From a virus: a stretch of DNA of 64,000 nucleotides. Below the pieces are notes generated by a model. It made no database searches. It was not told the DNA's origin and saw only the letters and a list, made by a program, of their open reading frames with translations. Position 1 is the first letter of the stretch. Each line of letters opens with the position of its first letter. The stretch lies in IMG/VR virus record IMGVR_UViG_3300045988_159027; one strand, 5' to 3'. Below are positions 28,762 through 37,607 of the stretch, in pieces. A program made the translations under genes and the position numbers.

Positions 28762-28821
28762 TTAAAATTGTTATTTCCGTAACAATTATAATGCGATTGT
28801 CAAATTAAAATTGTTACTTTG
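28762..28821. promoter_or_regulatory. Operator/promoter cluster with three AATTGTTA(C/T) boxes
   Basis: AATTGTTAT at 28766-28774 (+), AATTGTTAC at 28779-28787 (-) and ATTAAAATTGTTAC at 28804-28817 (+), followed by a TTTG -7-like box. Lies in a divergent intergenic region. Confidence 0.5.
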
Positions 28822-28887
28822 TAGGGTAAAAATAACAAAAAACGACCGAAACCGCAAAAGCGAGAAACGACAATATATATCAGAAGT

Positions 28888-29268
28888 ATGAAAATGAGCA
28901 TCATTGAAGCATTATCCGAAAAAAAGTTGAGCCCCATGCGGCTGGGATTTAGCCGCTACCTGGTGGAACATTACGGAATGAGCATGAGCACGGCGTACCA
29001 GAAGATCAGGTTGAACCGCGTGCGCCGGTGGGAGGCGGAAGGCGTGGAAAAATGCCTGAGAGATTTTGATCCTGACTACGAAGGGGAACTGAAAGACTTC
29101 TTTTCCGGTGTGAGAAAGAAGGGAGAATTTATCGAGTTCATGAAAGAACGAGGTATGGGCGAACATGCGCTGCGTGCGCATTTCCGTAACTTCGATTTCA
29201 CGGAAGTAGAGCTTCGCGGGCTGGAATCTATTTATAAGGAGTACAAGAAACAAATGGAGGAAATGTGA
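28888..29268 (+). CDS. Hypothetical early protein
   Basis: 126 aa. First gene of the rightward early operon. Confidence 0.55.
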   Translation: MKMSIIEALSEKKLSPMRLGFSRYLVEHYGMSMSTAYQKIRLNRVRRWEAEGVEKCLRDFDPDYEGELKDFFSGVRKKGEFIEFMKERGMGEHALRAHFRNFDFTEVELRGLESIYKEYKKQMEEM

Positions 29269-29900
29269 TGGGATACATGCTGGAAAGACAATGGGAAGCG
29301 CACACACGCATTCAGGACGGATTCTCAAGAATTGTTTTTGAAGACGGAGAGGAAATCACGGTAAAGAACGACGGAAAGACGGGAATTGACTTCGTAGAGG
29401 AATACCTCGACGAGATGAAGAAAAACTATCCCTCACACCTGGTGGCAGCCGACCAGCTTCTGCAGATGCGACTTGGACGTTCTTATAAGACCATACGGAA
29501 CCTTCGCAGCCGCTATCTGTCAGAGCTTGCGCTGGTAAGCCTGAACTGTTGTTTCGGACGCGAGGACGATATTCCCGACCATGAAGGTCCGGAAGACTTC
29601 AATACCGAGAACACGCACTGCCCTATGCGATATAACTGTCCGTTCAACGGATTCAATCCCGCCTTCAAGGATAAAAAGGAGGTGTGCTGCAATCCGGTGT
29701 ACGAGTGCGGACTGACTCCCACTCAGGCTGCTGTGGCGAACATGCTGGTAAATACTTCGCTCACCTACGAAGAGATTGCCGACGAAATGGGATGCAGCTA
29801 TTCCAATATAGACAACATGCGGAAACGTATTTTTGCGAAGTTGGGTGTGGCTACACGTCCTGAGCTTATGTTAACGCTAAAAGGAAAGCGGCTGGTATGA
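29265..29900 (+). CDS. LuxR/GerE-type HTH transcription regulator with Cys-rich middle
   Basis: The C-terminal segment LTPTQAAVANMLVNTSLTYEEIADEMGCSYSNIDNMRKRIFAKLGV matches the LuxR_C / sigma region-4-like HTH. Confidence 0.65.
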   Translation: MMGYMLERQWEAHTRIQDGFSRIVFEDGEEITVKNDGKTGIDFVEEYLDEMKKNYPSHLVAADQLLQMRLGRSYKTIRNLRSRYLSELALVSLNCCFGREDDIPDHEGPEDFNTENTHCPMRYNCPFNGFNPAFKDKKEVCCNPVYECGLTPTQAAVANMLVNTSLTYEEIADEMGCSYSNIDNMRKRIFAKLGVATRPELMLTLKGKRLV

Positions 29901-30190
29901 AACGAAGCAGAGCGGTATATGAACAGCGTTTCCATGTGCGTTACACGGAAATAGCGATAGGCTATCCCGAAGGTAGCGTGAGCATAGCTTGCAGCAACCT
30001 GTCGAAGTCGTGCATGCAGAAGCTTATGAACGAGCTGGTGTACGACGGATATTCTTCCACAGGAAGCGTGCAGGAAAATACGATTTACCTGCATGAGCCA
30101 GACCCTATGATGTGCCTGCCAGATAGCCTGAAAGAAATGATACAAGCAAAAATGGAAAGCATGAACTACGAGGTGACATTCCTCTTTTAA
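29897..30190 (+). CDS. Hypothetical protein
   Basis: 97 aa. Start overlaps the previous stop. Confidence 0.5.
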   Translation: MKRSRAVYEQRFHVRYTEIAIGYPEGSVSIACSNLSKSCMQKLMNELVYDGYSSTGSVQENTIYLHEPDPMMCLPDSLKEMIQAKMESMNYEVTFLF

Positions 30191-30201
30191 AATTCCCTGA
30201 A

Positions 30202-33200
30202 ATGATTTCTGACAAGACAGTTGATAAACTCAATGCGCTCCCGCTTCCCGACGTGATGCGCAACAACGGATACCTTCCCGCATCGCAGACTGCACGCAGC
30301 GTATTCTACCGCTGCCCGTTTCACGACGAGAAGAACGGAAGTTTCTGTGTGAGCAAGTTCCCGCCAAAGGGAGAACGCTATGCCGCCTTCAATTGCTTCG
30401 TATGCGGCGAGCAGAACCGTAGCAAAGGGGTAGGAGCCATCATGCTGCAGCAGCGTCTTCTGGAACGCGCAGGAGAGAAACACGACTTTCCGAATGCGGT
30501 GAACCGGCTGGCCAAAGACTTCAACCTGATTATTGAAGGAGATTACAAGAACGGATTCCTCCACCGGGCACGCAAGACCGCCCCGCAGCCGGAAGTGGAT
30601 TTCCGCATCCGTAAGGGCGAGTTTACACCCGCCGAGCTCCGTGCGCTGGGCTGCCAGGTGCTCCCCGTGTTCCGCGCCGGGAAAAACACAAGCGAAGGCC
30701 CCGAGCAGACAGCCGTGACCGATGCCGACGGAAACAACCTGTTGCGCTGTTCGTTCAATCCCGATTTCTACCGGGGAAACACACCCGCTCCCTTCGACAG
30801 CACCCAGCTCCGCACCATGTTCAACCTCTATCCGCTGGAAAGCTATGTCACACCCGAGAAGGCCGATGCCGACGGCGTTCTGACCAGCTACGAAGTGAAG
30901 TCCACACCTTCTTACCCGGTATTCCTTTTCCGCTACGAAGACGAGAACGGCTGGTGGGCACGGAAATATGAGCCCTATTTCCGCGAGACGACCGATTCGG
31001 ACGGTCGCCGCCAGCCCAACTACAAGTTTACCTGGTGGTACCAGGGAGGAAGCCGTCCGGAAGGATTCCACAAGGAAATCTACGGCGACGCTGACGTGAT
31101 GCGTGCCCTGCAGACCGGACGTGTGGAAACCTCCGACAAGGAAGGACATCCCATTATCAATATAGAGAAAACCCGGGTGGACGAGCAGGGGCGGCGTACC
31201 CGTGCTTTTACCGACGTGTTCCGCCGGATTGTGATCTGTTCCGGCCCGCGCGATGCCATCAATGTGTACTTTCATAGCGACGCTCATGTGGTGTTTCCCC
31301 ACTCCGAGAGTGTGGAGATTTCGTCGGAAACGATCCGTCGCCTGCTGGACAACTCCATGGAAGTGTTTGTGCTGTATGATATCGACCGCACCGGCATACG
31401 CGCCATGAACCGGCTGGCCCTGAAACACGTGGAACTGAAAGTGCTCTATCTGCCCGAAGACCTCTCCACCCAGTACAATCCCCGCAGCGGGAAAACGTGC
31501 AAGGATGCCGAAGAGTTCTTCAACTTCTACCCGGCAGTGATGCGCCGCAATGAAAAACTCATGCACACCAACGTAAACCGCTACTTCGACGATCTGCTAA
31601 AGACCGCCCGCCGGATGCGGTTTTGGGACGTTCAGTACCAGACCAAAAAGCAGGAAGACGAAAGTAAGGTAGTGGTCCGGAAATACACCCTGAACTTCGA
31701 CAATATGGCCCAGTTCCTTTCGGCCAACGGATTCTACAAATACACCGACGAAGCGGACACGACCAAGTTTGTGCATATCAGCAACAACATTGTCGATGTG
31801 GTGGAAGAGAGCCAGGCACTGAGCGAAGCCAAGGAAATCATGAAAGACTTCCTGATATACAACTCACAGTATTACTCCGAGGAACTGAGCAACGCCATCA
31901 GTACCCAGAAGAAAATCGGACGCGACACCATGTCCGGCATCAAGAAAGTAGACCTGAACTTCATGTCGTGGGGGAAGGATTTCGATTATTTCTTCTTCCG
32001 CAACTGCGCCGTGAAGGTGACGGCCGACAGCATCGAGCCGGTAGACTACGTGGACCTTCCTTTCCATGTCAACCGGAAGGCGATTATTGACGCCGATTAC
32101 CATCCGCTCAAGTCCCCGCTGTTTACCATCGAGGAGAATCCGGAATATGCCGCACGTAAGGAGCTGAACAGGCAGCGCATGGCCGACAAATGGATGAACG
32201 AGAACGAGCGCCGCCGTGAGGATGCAGAGTTCATCGCCTACCAGCGTCTGTACCGTTTCCTGCTGAGAATGCCGAAAGACATTGACCAGATGCCTGTCTG
32301 CGTGCAGTGGCTGTATGACACCAGCCGCATACACTGGCGAAAGGAAGCCGAAGGCTATCCGCTTACCGAGCTGGAAAAGCAGCGACAGGACATGCACTTC
32401 ATTTGCAAGGTAGCGCTCATGGGCTACATGCTTTCGCGCTATCGTACAGGCACCATGCAGAAGATGGGAGTCGTGACGGATTACACCGTGGCCGACGAAG
32501 GAAAGAACAGCGGAGGTACCGGAAAAAGTTTCTTCCGTTCTTTCTTCGAACTGGTGCGGAAGGTGTGCTACATCCCCGGTCAGACCTTGAAGAAGAAAGA
32601 GAATATGGCCAAGAACTTCGACAAGTTCCATTATACCGTAGACAGCATGTGTCTGATAGACGACCTTCGCCCCGACATGATGGGAAGCGAGTTCTACAAC
32701 ATTACGGACAACATTACGGTAAAGACCCTGTATCACGATGAAATGACACTGCCGCGCGAGGCAACCCCGAAGATATTCATTACCATGAACAAGATGCCGT
32801 TCGACATGACCGAAGGAAGCACCTCGCGCCGTATCTTCCTGGCCATGCAGAGCGATTACTACCACGACGAGGACTACGCCGGCCAGTTCAAGAAACGCAC
32901 GCCGCAGACTAAGTTCGGGAAAGACATATTCCTGGAAGCCACCGAAGAAGAACGTGACGAAGCGGTGTACATGATGCTGCAAAGCTGTCAGTTTTACCTC
33001 GGCCTGCAGGAAAGCCTGATACCGCCCATGTCGCAGGACGGACAGATGCGAATCCTTTACTCCGCCATCAAGGACCAGGTATTCATTGACTGGGCCAATC
33101 ATTTCTTTGCGAACCAGTGGCACTGGTGCCGTCCGGTATCTATCAGTGAAATGGCCATCAGCTACCTGGAACACCGGGGCGACGCGGTGACGATGCAGAG

Positions 33201-33504
33201 CGTGAAATCCGTGAAGAACGAAATGATAGAGAAGATGCAGGCTTACTGCTTCAATATGCAGTACACCATGAACCCTTCCATCGTCTACCGCTCGGACAAA
33301 GGCTCAAAATACCCCCGTCACTACGCATGGGAGCAGGAGTTTATGAACGACACGATCCGCCGTGAGGAACGCACCCGAAAATTTACCCGTGTGTGCTTTT
33401 TCTACAAGCTGGGTGAGGAACCCAAAGATTCCAAGGAGATACTTTCCTGTCCGGAGTCCGACGAAGAATGGCAGGAGAAAAAACGTTTGGAAATGGATGA
33501 TTAA
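30202..33504 (+). CDS. Primase-helicase fusion (CHC2 zinc finger, Toprim, P-loop NTPase)
   Basis: CPFHDEKNGSFCV...CFVCG zinc finger. Toprim-like VLYDIDRTG. Walker A GKNSGGTGKS. 1100 aa. Confidence 0.85.
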   Translation: MISDKTVDKLNALPLPDVMRNNGYLPASQTARSVFYRCPFHDEKNGSFCVSKFPPKGERYAAFNCFVCGEQNRSKGVGAIMLQQRLLERAGEKHDFPNAVNRLAKDFNLIIEGDYKNGFLHRARKTAPQPEVDFRIRKGEFTPAELRALGCQVLPVFRAGKNTSEGPEQTAVTDADGNNLLRCSFNPDFYRGNTPAPFDSTQLRTMFNLYPLESYVTPEKADADGVLTSYEVKSTPSYPVFLFRYEDENGWWARKYEPYFRETTDSDGRRQPNYKFTWWYQGGSRPEGFHKEIYGDADVMRALQTGRVETSDKEGHPIINIEKTRVDEQGRRTRAFTDVFRRIVICSGPRDAINVYFHSDAHVVFPHSESVEISSETIRRLLDNSMEVFVLYDIDRTGIRAMNRLALKHVELKVLYLPEDLSTQYNPRSGKTCKDAEEFFNFYPAVMRRNEKLMHTNVNRYFDDLLKTARRMRFWDVQYQTKKQEDESKVVVRKYTLNFDNMAQFLSANGFYKYTDEADTTKFVHISNNIVDVVEESQALSEAKEIMKDFLIYNSQYYSEELSNAISTQKKIGRDTMSGIKKVDLNFMSWGKDFDYFFFRNCAVKVTADSIEPVDYVDLPFHVNRKAIIDADYHPLKSPLFTIEENPEYAARKELNRQRMADKWMNENERRREDAEFIAYQRLYRFLLRMPKDIDQMPVCVQWLYDTSRIHWRKEAEGYPLTELEKQRQDMHFICKVALMGYMLSRYRTGTMQKMGVVTDYTVADEGKNSGGTGKSFFRSFFELVRKVCYIPGQTLKKKENMAKNFDKFHYTVDSMCLIDDLRPDMMGSEFYNITDNITVKTLYHDEMTLPREATPKIFITMNKMPFDMTEGSTSRRIFLAMQSDYYHDEDYAGQFKKRTPQTKFGKDIFLEATEEERDEAVYMMLQSCQFYLGLQESLIPPMSQDGQMRILYSAIKDQVFIDWANHFFANQWHWCRPVSISEMAISYLEHRGDAVTMQSVKSVKNEMIEKMQAYCFNMQYTMNPSIVYRSDKGSKYPRHYAWEQEFMNDTIRREERTRKFTRVCFFYKLGEEPKDSKEILSCPESDEEWQEKKRLEMDD

Positions 33505-33525
33505 TAACCTTAAAAAGAAAAGAAT

Positions 33526-33822
33526 ATGGCAAGAATCTTAAAACATGAAATCCCGGCAGCGTCAGAGTTCAAGCTTCCGCTTCACGAGGGAAGCAATCTG
33601 CTGAAACTCGATGTAGTAAATGAGAAAGTATATATCTGGGCATTGGAAGATGAATCAAAGCCAAAGCGGGGAGTAAAGTTCCGTATGGTAATGACCGGTG
33701 AAGAGATAAACCTTGAGCCTTACATGATGTATATAGGGACTTTTATACTTTTCAACGGTTCGTTTGTAGGGCATTTGTTTGTGGACACTTCTGTTCCGAT
33801 GCCGATTTATGAAGGAATTTAA
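33526..33822 (+). CDS. Hypothetical protein
   Basis: 98-aa ORF in the early operon. Confidence 0.5.
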   Translation: MARILKHEIPAASEFKLPLHEGSNLLKLDVVNEKVYIWALEDESKPKRGVKFRMVMTGEEINLEPYMMYIGTFILFNGSFVGHLFVDTSVPMPIYEGI

Positions 33823-33835
33823 AATAGTGGGAGAT

Positions 33836-34174
33836 ATGGGAAACAATCAGAATGAAAAAGTGAGTATCACTTTTGAAGTAGAAAAGGATTTTATCAAAGC
33901 TGTGATGCTTGTTTCAGGAATCAGTATGAAGGACGCTGAAGAAGCTATGAATGAGCTCGACAATGTGGTTATCAATGAAGATACGCTTCAAGATTTAGAA
34001 ACCATGGATGGCGACATCCAGCAGATAAAAACGGGTATTTCAATGATTGCCATCGGTATGGCGTACAAGAAAATTACATCCAAAGAAAAGAAAACTAAAA
34101 CAAACGGACTTTTTGCGAAGCTTCAGGCTTTGAAAGAGGAGAGTAAGAGGTTAGGAAAGGAGGAGTGGCAATAA
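33836..34174 (+). CDS. Hypothetical protein
   Basis: Start placed at MGNNQNEK. An ATG at 33809 is an alternative. Confidence 0.45.
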   Translation: MGNNQNEKVSITFEVEKDFIKAVMLVSGISMKDAEEAMNELDNVVINEDTLQDLETMDGDIQQIKTGISMIAIGMAYKKITSKEKKTKTNGLFAKLQALKEESKRLGKEEWQ

Positions 34175-34240
34175 TGGAAGTTCCTATAATCATGGAAGAA
34201 TCATTGCTGATGGTTAAGGAAGTGAAGAAATTGAAGAAGG

Positions 34241-34753
34241 ATGGAAAAGCAAAATAAACCAATACTTGATGTATGTTGTGGAAGCAAAATGTTCTGGTTC
34301 GACAAAGAGAATCCGCTTGCTTTATTTACTGACATACGCGATTTTGAAGACACACTTTGTGATGGGCGGAAAATTTCTGTGAAACCTGATAAAATTGAGG
34401 ATTGCACAAACCTTTCATTTGCTGATAATACGTTTAAGTTGGTCGTGTTTGACCCGCCACATTTGGTAAGAGCCGGTGAAAACAGTTGGTTGGCCAAAAA
34501 GTATGGTAAACTTCCAAAAGACTGGAAAAGCTTTATTAATGACTCCATACATGAATGTATGCGAGTGCTGGATGATTACGGTGTACTTATCTTCAAGTGG
34601 AATCAGGACCAGATAAAAGTAAAGGAAGTAATCAATGCTATTACGGATTACAAACCTTTGTTTGGGCATACTACAAAGAATAACGGTACGACTATCTGGA
34701 TGTGTTTTATGAAAATACCAAAAGAACAAAACCATGAGACGAATACTTTATAA
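34241..34753 (+). CDS. SAM-dependent DNA methyltransferase (orphan)
   Basis: Motif I-like ILDVCCGSKMF and motif IV DPPH (VVFDPPHL). No restriction partner gene seen. Confidence 0.7.
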   Translation: MEKQNKPILDVCCGSKMFWFDKENPLALFTDIRDFEDTLCDGRKISVKPDKIEDCTNLSFADNTFKLVVFDPPHLVRAGENSWLAKKYGKLPKDWKSFINDSIHECMRVLDDYGVLIFKWNQDQIKVKEVINAITDYKPLFGHTTKNNGTTIWMCFMKIPKEQNHETNTL

Positions 34754-35207
34754 CGCAAGCGATACAGAAACATTCCAGCGTATTGTAAAAACGGCTAAGA
34801 ATGGAATTTTTGGAGGCACTTCGGCCACAATGGATTACCTTGATAAGTGCCGATGGTTTTTGGAACGATACGATTGTATAATCATATTTACACGTGATGA
34901 AGGAGCCCATACCTGCGGATGGTGGAAAAATCCGGATTACGAAAGATGCTATCACCTGTCAATCTCATTTCCTGGGGGATGGAACAGGAAGAAAGCGGAA
35001 TATATTCTTGACAGGATATTCGGATATAATAAGCGTATGCTGTGGTGCGAGCCTCCATATTCAGAAGAGGGGAAGCAAGCTGGAGTACTCCACTACCGGC
35101 TATTCTGTGATGTGAACTGGAATCCGATAATGCCTCGTGGAGAAGTATATTCTACAAAATTTACGGAGCTTGGATGGAAAAGCTTTTCGGAACTGCATGG
35201 AAAATAA
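34734..35207 (+). CDS. Hypothetical protein
   Basis: 157-aa ORF. Overlaps the previous gene by 20 nt. Confidence 0.55.
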   Translation: MRRILYNASDTETFQRIVKTAKNGIFGGTSATMDYLDKCRWFLERYDCIIIFTRDEGAHTCGWWKNPDYERCYHLSISFPGGWNRKKAEYILDRIFGYNKRMLWCEPPYSEEGKQAGVLHYRLFCDVNWNPIMPRGEVYSTKFTELGWKSFSELHGK

Positions 35208-35229
35208 ATAACGCTTAAACAAACAAGTT

Positions 35230-35577
35230 ATGATACTACACAGATTCTGCTCACAAGAGGAGTTCGACAGGTATATGCGTGGAGAGTTGCTGGTGAATGA
35301 AAAAGACCATAGTAAGTTTAGCAAATCAACATCCATAGGTTTTTGCTGGTTTTGGGAGGAACCTTGGTATGCCATTGAATATCTGAGTGGGATAGTGAAC
35401 AGAGATATATGTATTACTGTAGAAACGGATAGCAAGAATGTTACCGAATCCATGGGGTATTACTGGGGAGAAGATGGGCCTGATTGGTTTCCCGAATACT
35501 GTTGTACTTCATACGACAACAAACGATTTAGACTGGTGGAAGCCACAAACAAATTCAGATATGATGATACGGACTGA
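35230..35577 (+). CDS. Hypothetical protein
   Basis: 115-aa ORF. Confidence 0.55.
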   Translation: MILHRFCSQEEFDRYMRGELLVNEKDHSKFSKSTSIGFCWFWEEPWYAIEYLSGIVNRDICITVETDSKNVTESMGYYWGEDGPDWFPEYCCTSYDNKRFRLVEATNKFRYDDTD

Positions 35578-35619
35578 CAGGAAAAGTGATAGATAAACCA
35601 AAACTAATTTGATAAGCTT

Positions 35620-35934
35620 ATGGATATTGCAGATTTATTGAAAGATAAAAGAGGAGTATTGAAATACATACTTCAGACAATAGAGTCCAGCACGAAAAAT
35701 GCAAAAGGTCTTCTTTCGATGAAAGAAAGAGGATTCTCGGATGCAGGTATGCTGGAAAAGGTCATTGAAGTAACAGCCATTCAGTCAAGCCAGATACAGG
35801 CACTCGCCATGATAGCTCTGGTAAGCCTGCAAAGCAGCGATTTTGATAAGCAGGTCGGCGAAATGATGAATAAGATGGGACGCGGCGATGAAGCATTGCA
35901 GATTATGCTGGATAAGAAGTTGAAAGGAGAATGA
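35620..35934 (+). CDS. Hypothetical protein
   Basis: 104-aa ORF. Confidence 0.5.
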   Translation: MDIADLLKDKRGVLKYILQTIESSTKNAKGLLSMKERGFSDAGMLEKVIEVTAIQSSQIQALAMIALVSLQSSDFDKQVGEMMNKMGRGDEALQIMLDKKLKGE

Positions 35935-35937
35935 CAA

Positions 35938-36162
35938 ATGCTGTTGAAGAAAAACTTTTCCGTGATTTTTGAAGCCGGTACACCTCCGGTTAGATTCCGT
36001 GAAGAATACCTCTTTCCGGTCCGTACAGAAGAAGAGCAGACGGAACATTCAACGCTTTACCAGGCGGCAAAAGGAGCCATCGCAAAAGATTTAGGAATTA
36101 CGAGGTGCGAAGTTCGGATTCTGAAAATTATGGAAATTCATAATCACTTGATAGTTGAATAA
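35938..36162 (+). CDS. Hypothetical protein
   Basis: 74-aa ORF starting 4 nt after the previous stop. Confidence 0.45.
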   Translation: MLLKKNFSVIFEAGTPPVRFREEYLFPVRTEEEQTEHSTLYQAAKGAIAKDLGITRCEVRILKIMEIHNHLIVE

Positions 36163-36187
36163 AACCATAAATCAAAGTACATAGCCT

Positions 36188-36485
36188 ATGTTTGAACTAA
36201 TAAGAGTCTTTCCCACTCATGCTTCTCCCTATGTTGGAGGATATGTGGATTTTGACAGGCAATATACTGTCGGAGAGTTTATCGAAGAAGCCCTGGAAAA
36301 GTACCCGGCTATTAGCGGTTCCTTCCCGGTAGTATGCAACTTCACACGTTGCATACTACCGGGAAGGAGAGCTGTTGAATAAAGAGTTCCCGGAAAAGGT
36401 TTTAAAAGCCAGGATTGCAGCCGTTTCCTTTTATACAGGATGGAACAAAGCCGATTATGTTATCACTAAATTAGATGGACAATGA
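36188..36485 (+). pseudogene. Small ORF disrupted by a 25-nt snap-back insertion
   Basis: Frame 2 (36188..36382) and frame 3 (to TGA 36483-36485) join into one ~91-aa ORF if nt 36323-36347 are removed. Confidence 0.45.
36321..36367. repeat. Perfect 20-bp hairpin palindrome with 7-nt loop
   Basis: CCTTCCCGGTAGTATGCAAC ttcacac GTTGCATACTACCGGGAAGG. Confidence 0.9.
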
Positions 36486-36500
36486 AATAAAAATAATATC

Positions 36501-37205
36501 ATGGGAAACAAAAAACCGAAATTCAAAATAGGAGAAAGGGTAAGAGTAAAAACCCTTGCAGAAGCAAAAGAAATAAGCTACGCTGTAGAAATCAATAAGC
36601 CTTTGAAGAAATATTTAGGTAAAAACTTTGTAGTAACAGGCTTTAGAGAAGTAGGTGGAATGTTCTATTATTACTTGAAAGAAAGAAGTAGTGTATGCGT
36701 ACATGAGTGCTTGCTTGATTACCCATACGGAGATTTTTCTCACCCTCAGAATCCCAAATACAGTGTAGGTGATAATGTAGCTATTAAAGAAGAGAAAGAT
36801 TTGCGTGAAACATTTTCGCGCGAACAATGGTGGTTAAAAGACCTTCTGCCTATATCATTAAGAATATTACAAATATATAGTTCCTATTGGTTTTGTAATC
36901 AGAATGTTTATGAAGCAGAAGTAGAGCCTGGAGTTTATGTAAAAATCCCAGAAAAGGCAATATTGATGGAAGCAGACTGTGACCCATATCAATGGTCTAA
37001 CCCTTACAATGTCTGGGTTGCTTTTCGTAAAAAAGAACCGGAGAAAAGTGAATCTTCAAATAACGGGCTGGTAAAATGGAAAACAATGTATAAAGACATG
37101 GTGGAGTTTATCAGTACAGCTTCTCCCCAAACCAGATCGTTTATTGCAGGACAACTATATGGATTGACAGAAAGACTAATGAATGAAACGCTAAAAGAAA
37201 AATAA
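36501..37205 (+). CDS. Hypothetical protein
   Basis: 234-aa ORF. Confidence 0.55.
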   Translation: MGNKKPKFKIGERVRVKTLAEAKEISYAVEINKPLKKYLGKNFVVTGFREVGGMFYYYLKERSSVCVHECLLDYPYGDFSHPQNPKYSVGDNVAIKEEKDLRETFSREQWWLKDLLPISLRILQIYSSYWFCNQNVYEAEVEPGVYVKIPEKAILMEADCDPYQWSNPYNVWVAFRKKEPEKSESSNNGLVKWKTMYKDMVEFISTASPQTRSFIAGQLYGLTERLMNETLKEK

Positions 37206-37209
37206 TATC

Positions 37210-37383
37210 ATGAAAGAAGAAATAGTCACATACGATATAGCTTTAGCCGCATTGCAATTAAAAGAGTATGAAGTTATCACCGATAAGGAGTGAAAAGGCT
37301 GGGTATGCTCGGTATGTGGTAGGGCCTATGCTCCGAGTGTATCTGAATGTACTGAATGTAATAAAAATAGAGAATCAACATGA
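37210..37383 (+). CDS. Zn-ribbon mini-protein interrupted by an in-frame TGA
   Basis: A 27-codon ORF ends at TGA 37291-37293. The same frame continues as KGWVCSVCGRAYAPSVSECTECN... with no start codon of its own. Confidence 0.3.
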
Positions 37384-37607
37384 TTAAGCTATACAGAGCA
37401 GACCAGATGCACCCGTCCTCGTCGGTAGTGGCGCTGTCAAGCCTGCAAAAGACTGTCAGGAAGAGCAGAGAGGTAACAGATAGACTGATTCAGCAGCTGA
37501 TTGATACTGGCTACATCCCGGAAGAAAAGAAGCCCAAACTCCTGTCTGTCTTCGACAAAGAAATGACCGAGTACACAAAACTCAAAACAAAGAAGAAAAA
37601 AGCATGA
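37380..37607 (+). CDS. Hypothetical protein
   Basis: 75-aa ORF. ATGA overlap with the upstream frame. Confidence 0.5.
   Translation: MIKLYRADQMHPSSSVVALSSLQKTVRKSREVTDRLIQQLIDTGYIPEEKKPKLLSVFDKEMTEYTKLKTKKKKA

Noticed and set aside
30187-33174. Two very long minus-strand ORFs (30187..31566, 459 aa; 31864..33174, 436 aa) antisense to the primase-helicase gene.
   Set aside because: They are shadow ORFs of a GC-richer gene. The translations are His/Arg/Val/Gly-rich and low in information, with no motifs. The + strand product has clear zinc-finger, Toprim and P-loop motifs.
37291-37293. Genome-wide TGA reassignment.
   Set aside because: TGA clearly terminates many well-defined, coupled genes (for example ATGA junctions at 2628-2631, 16450-16453 and 29265-29268). 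Only a local readthrough event or a mutation is plausible.
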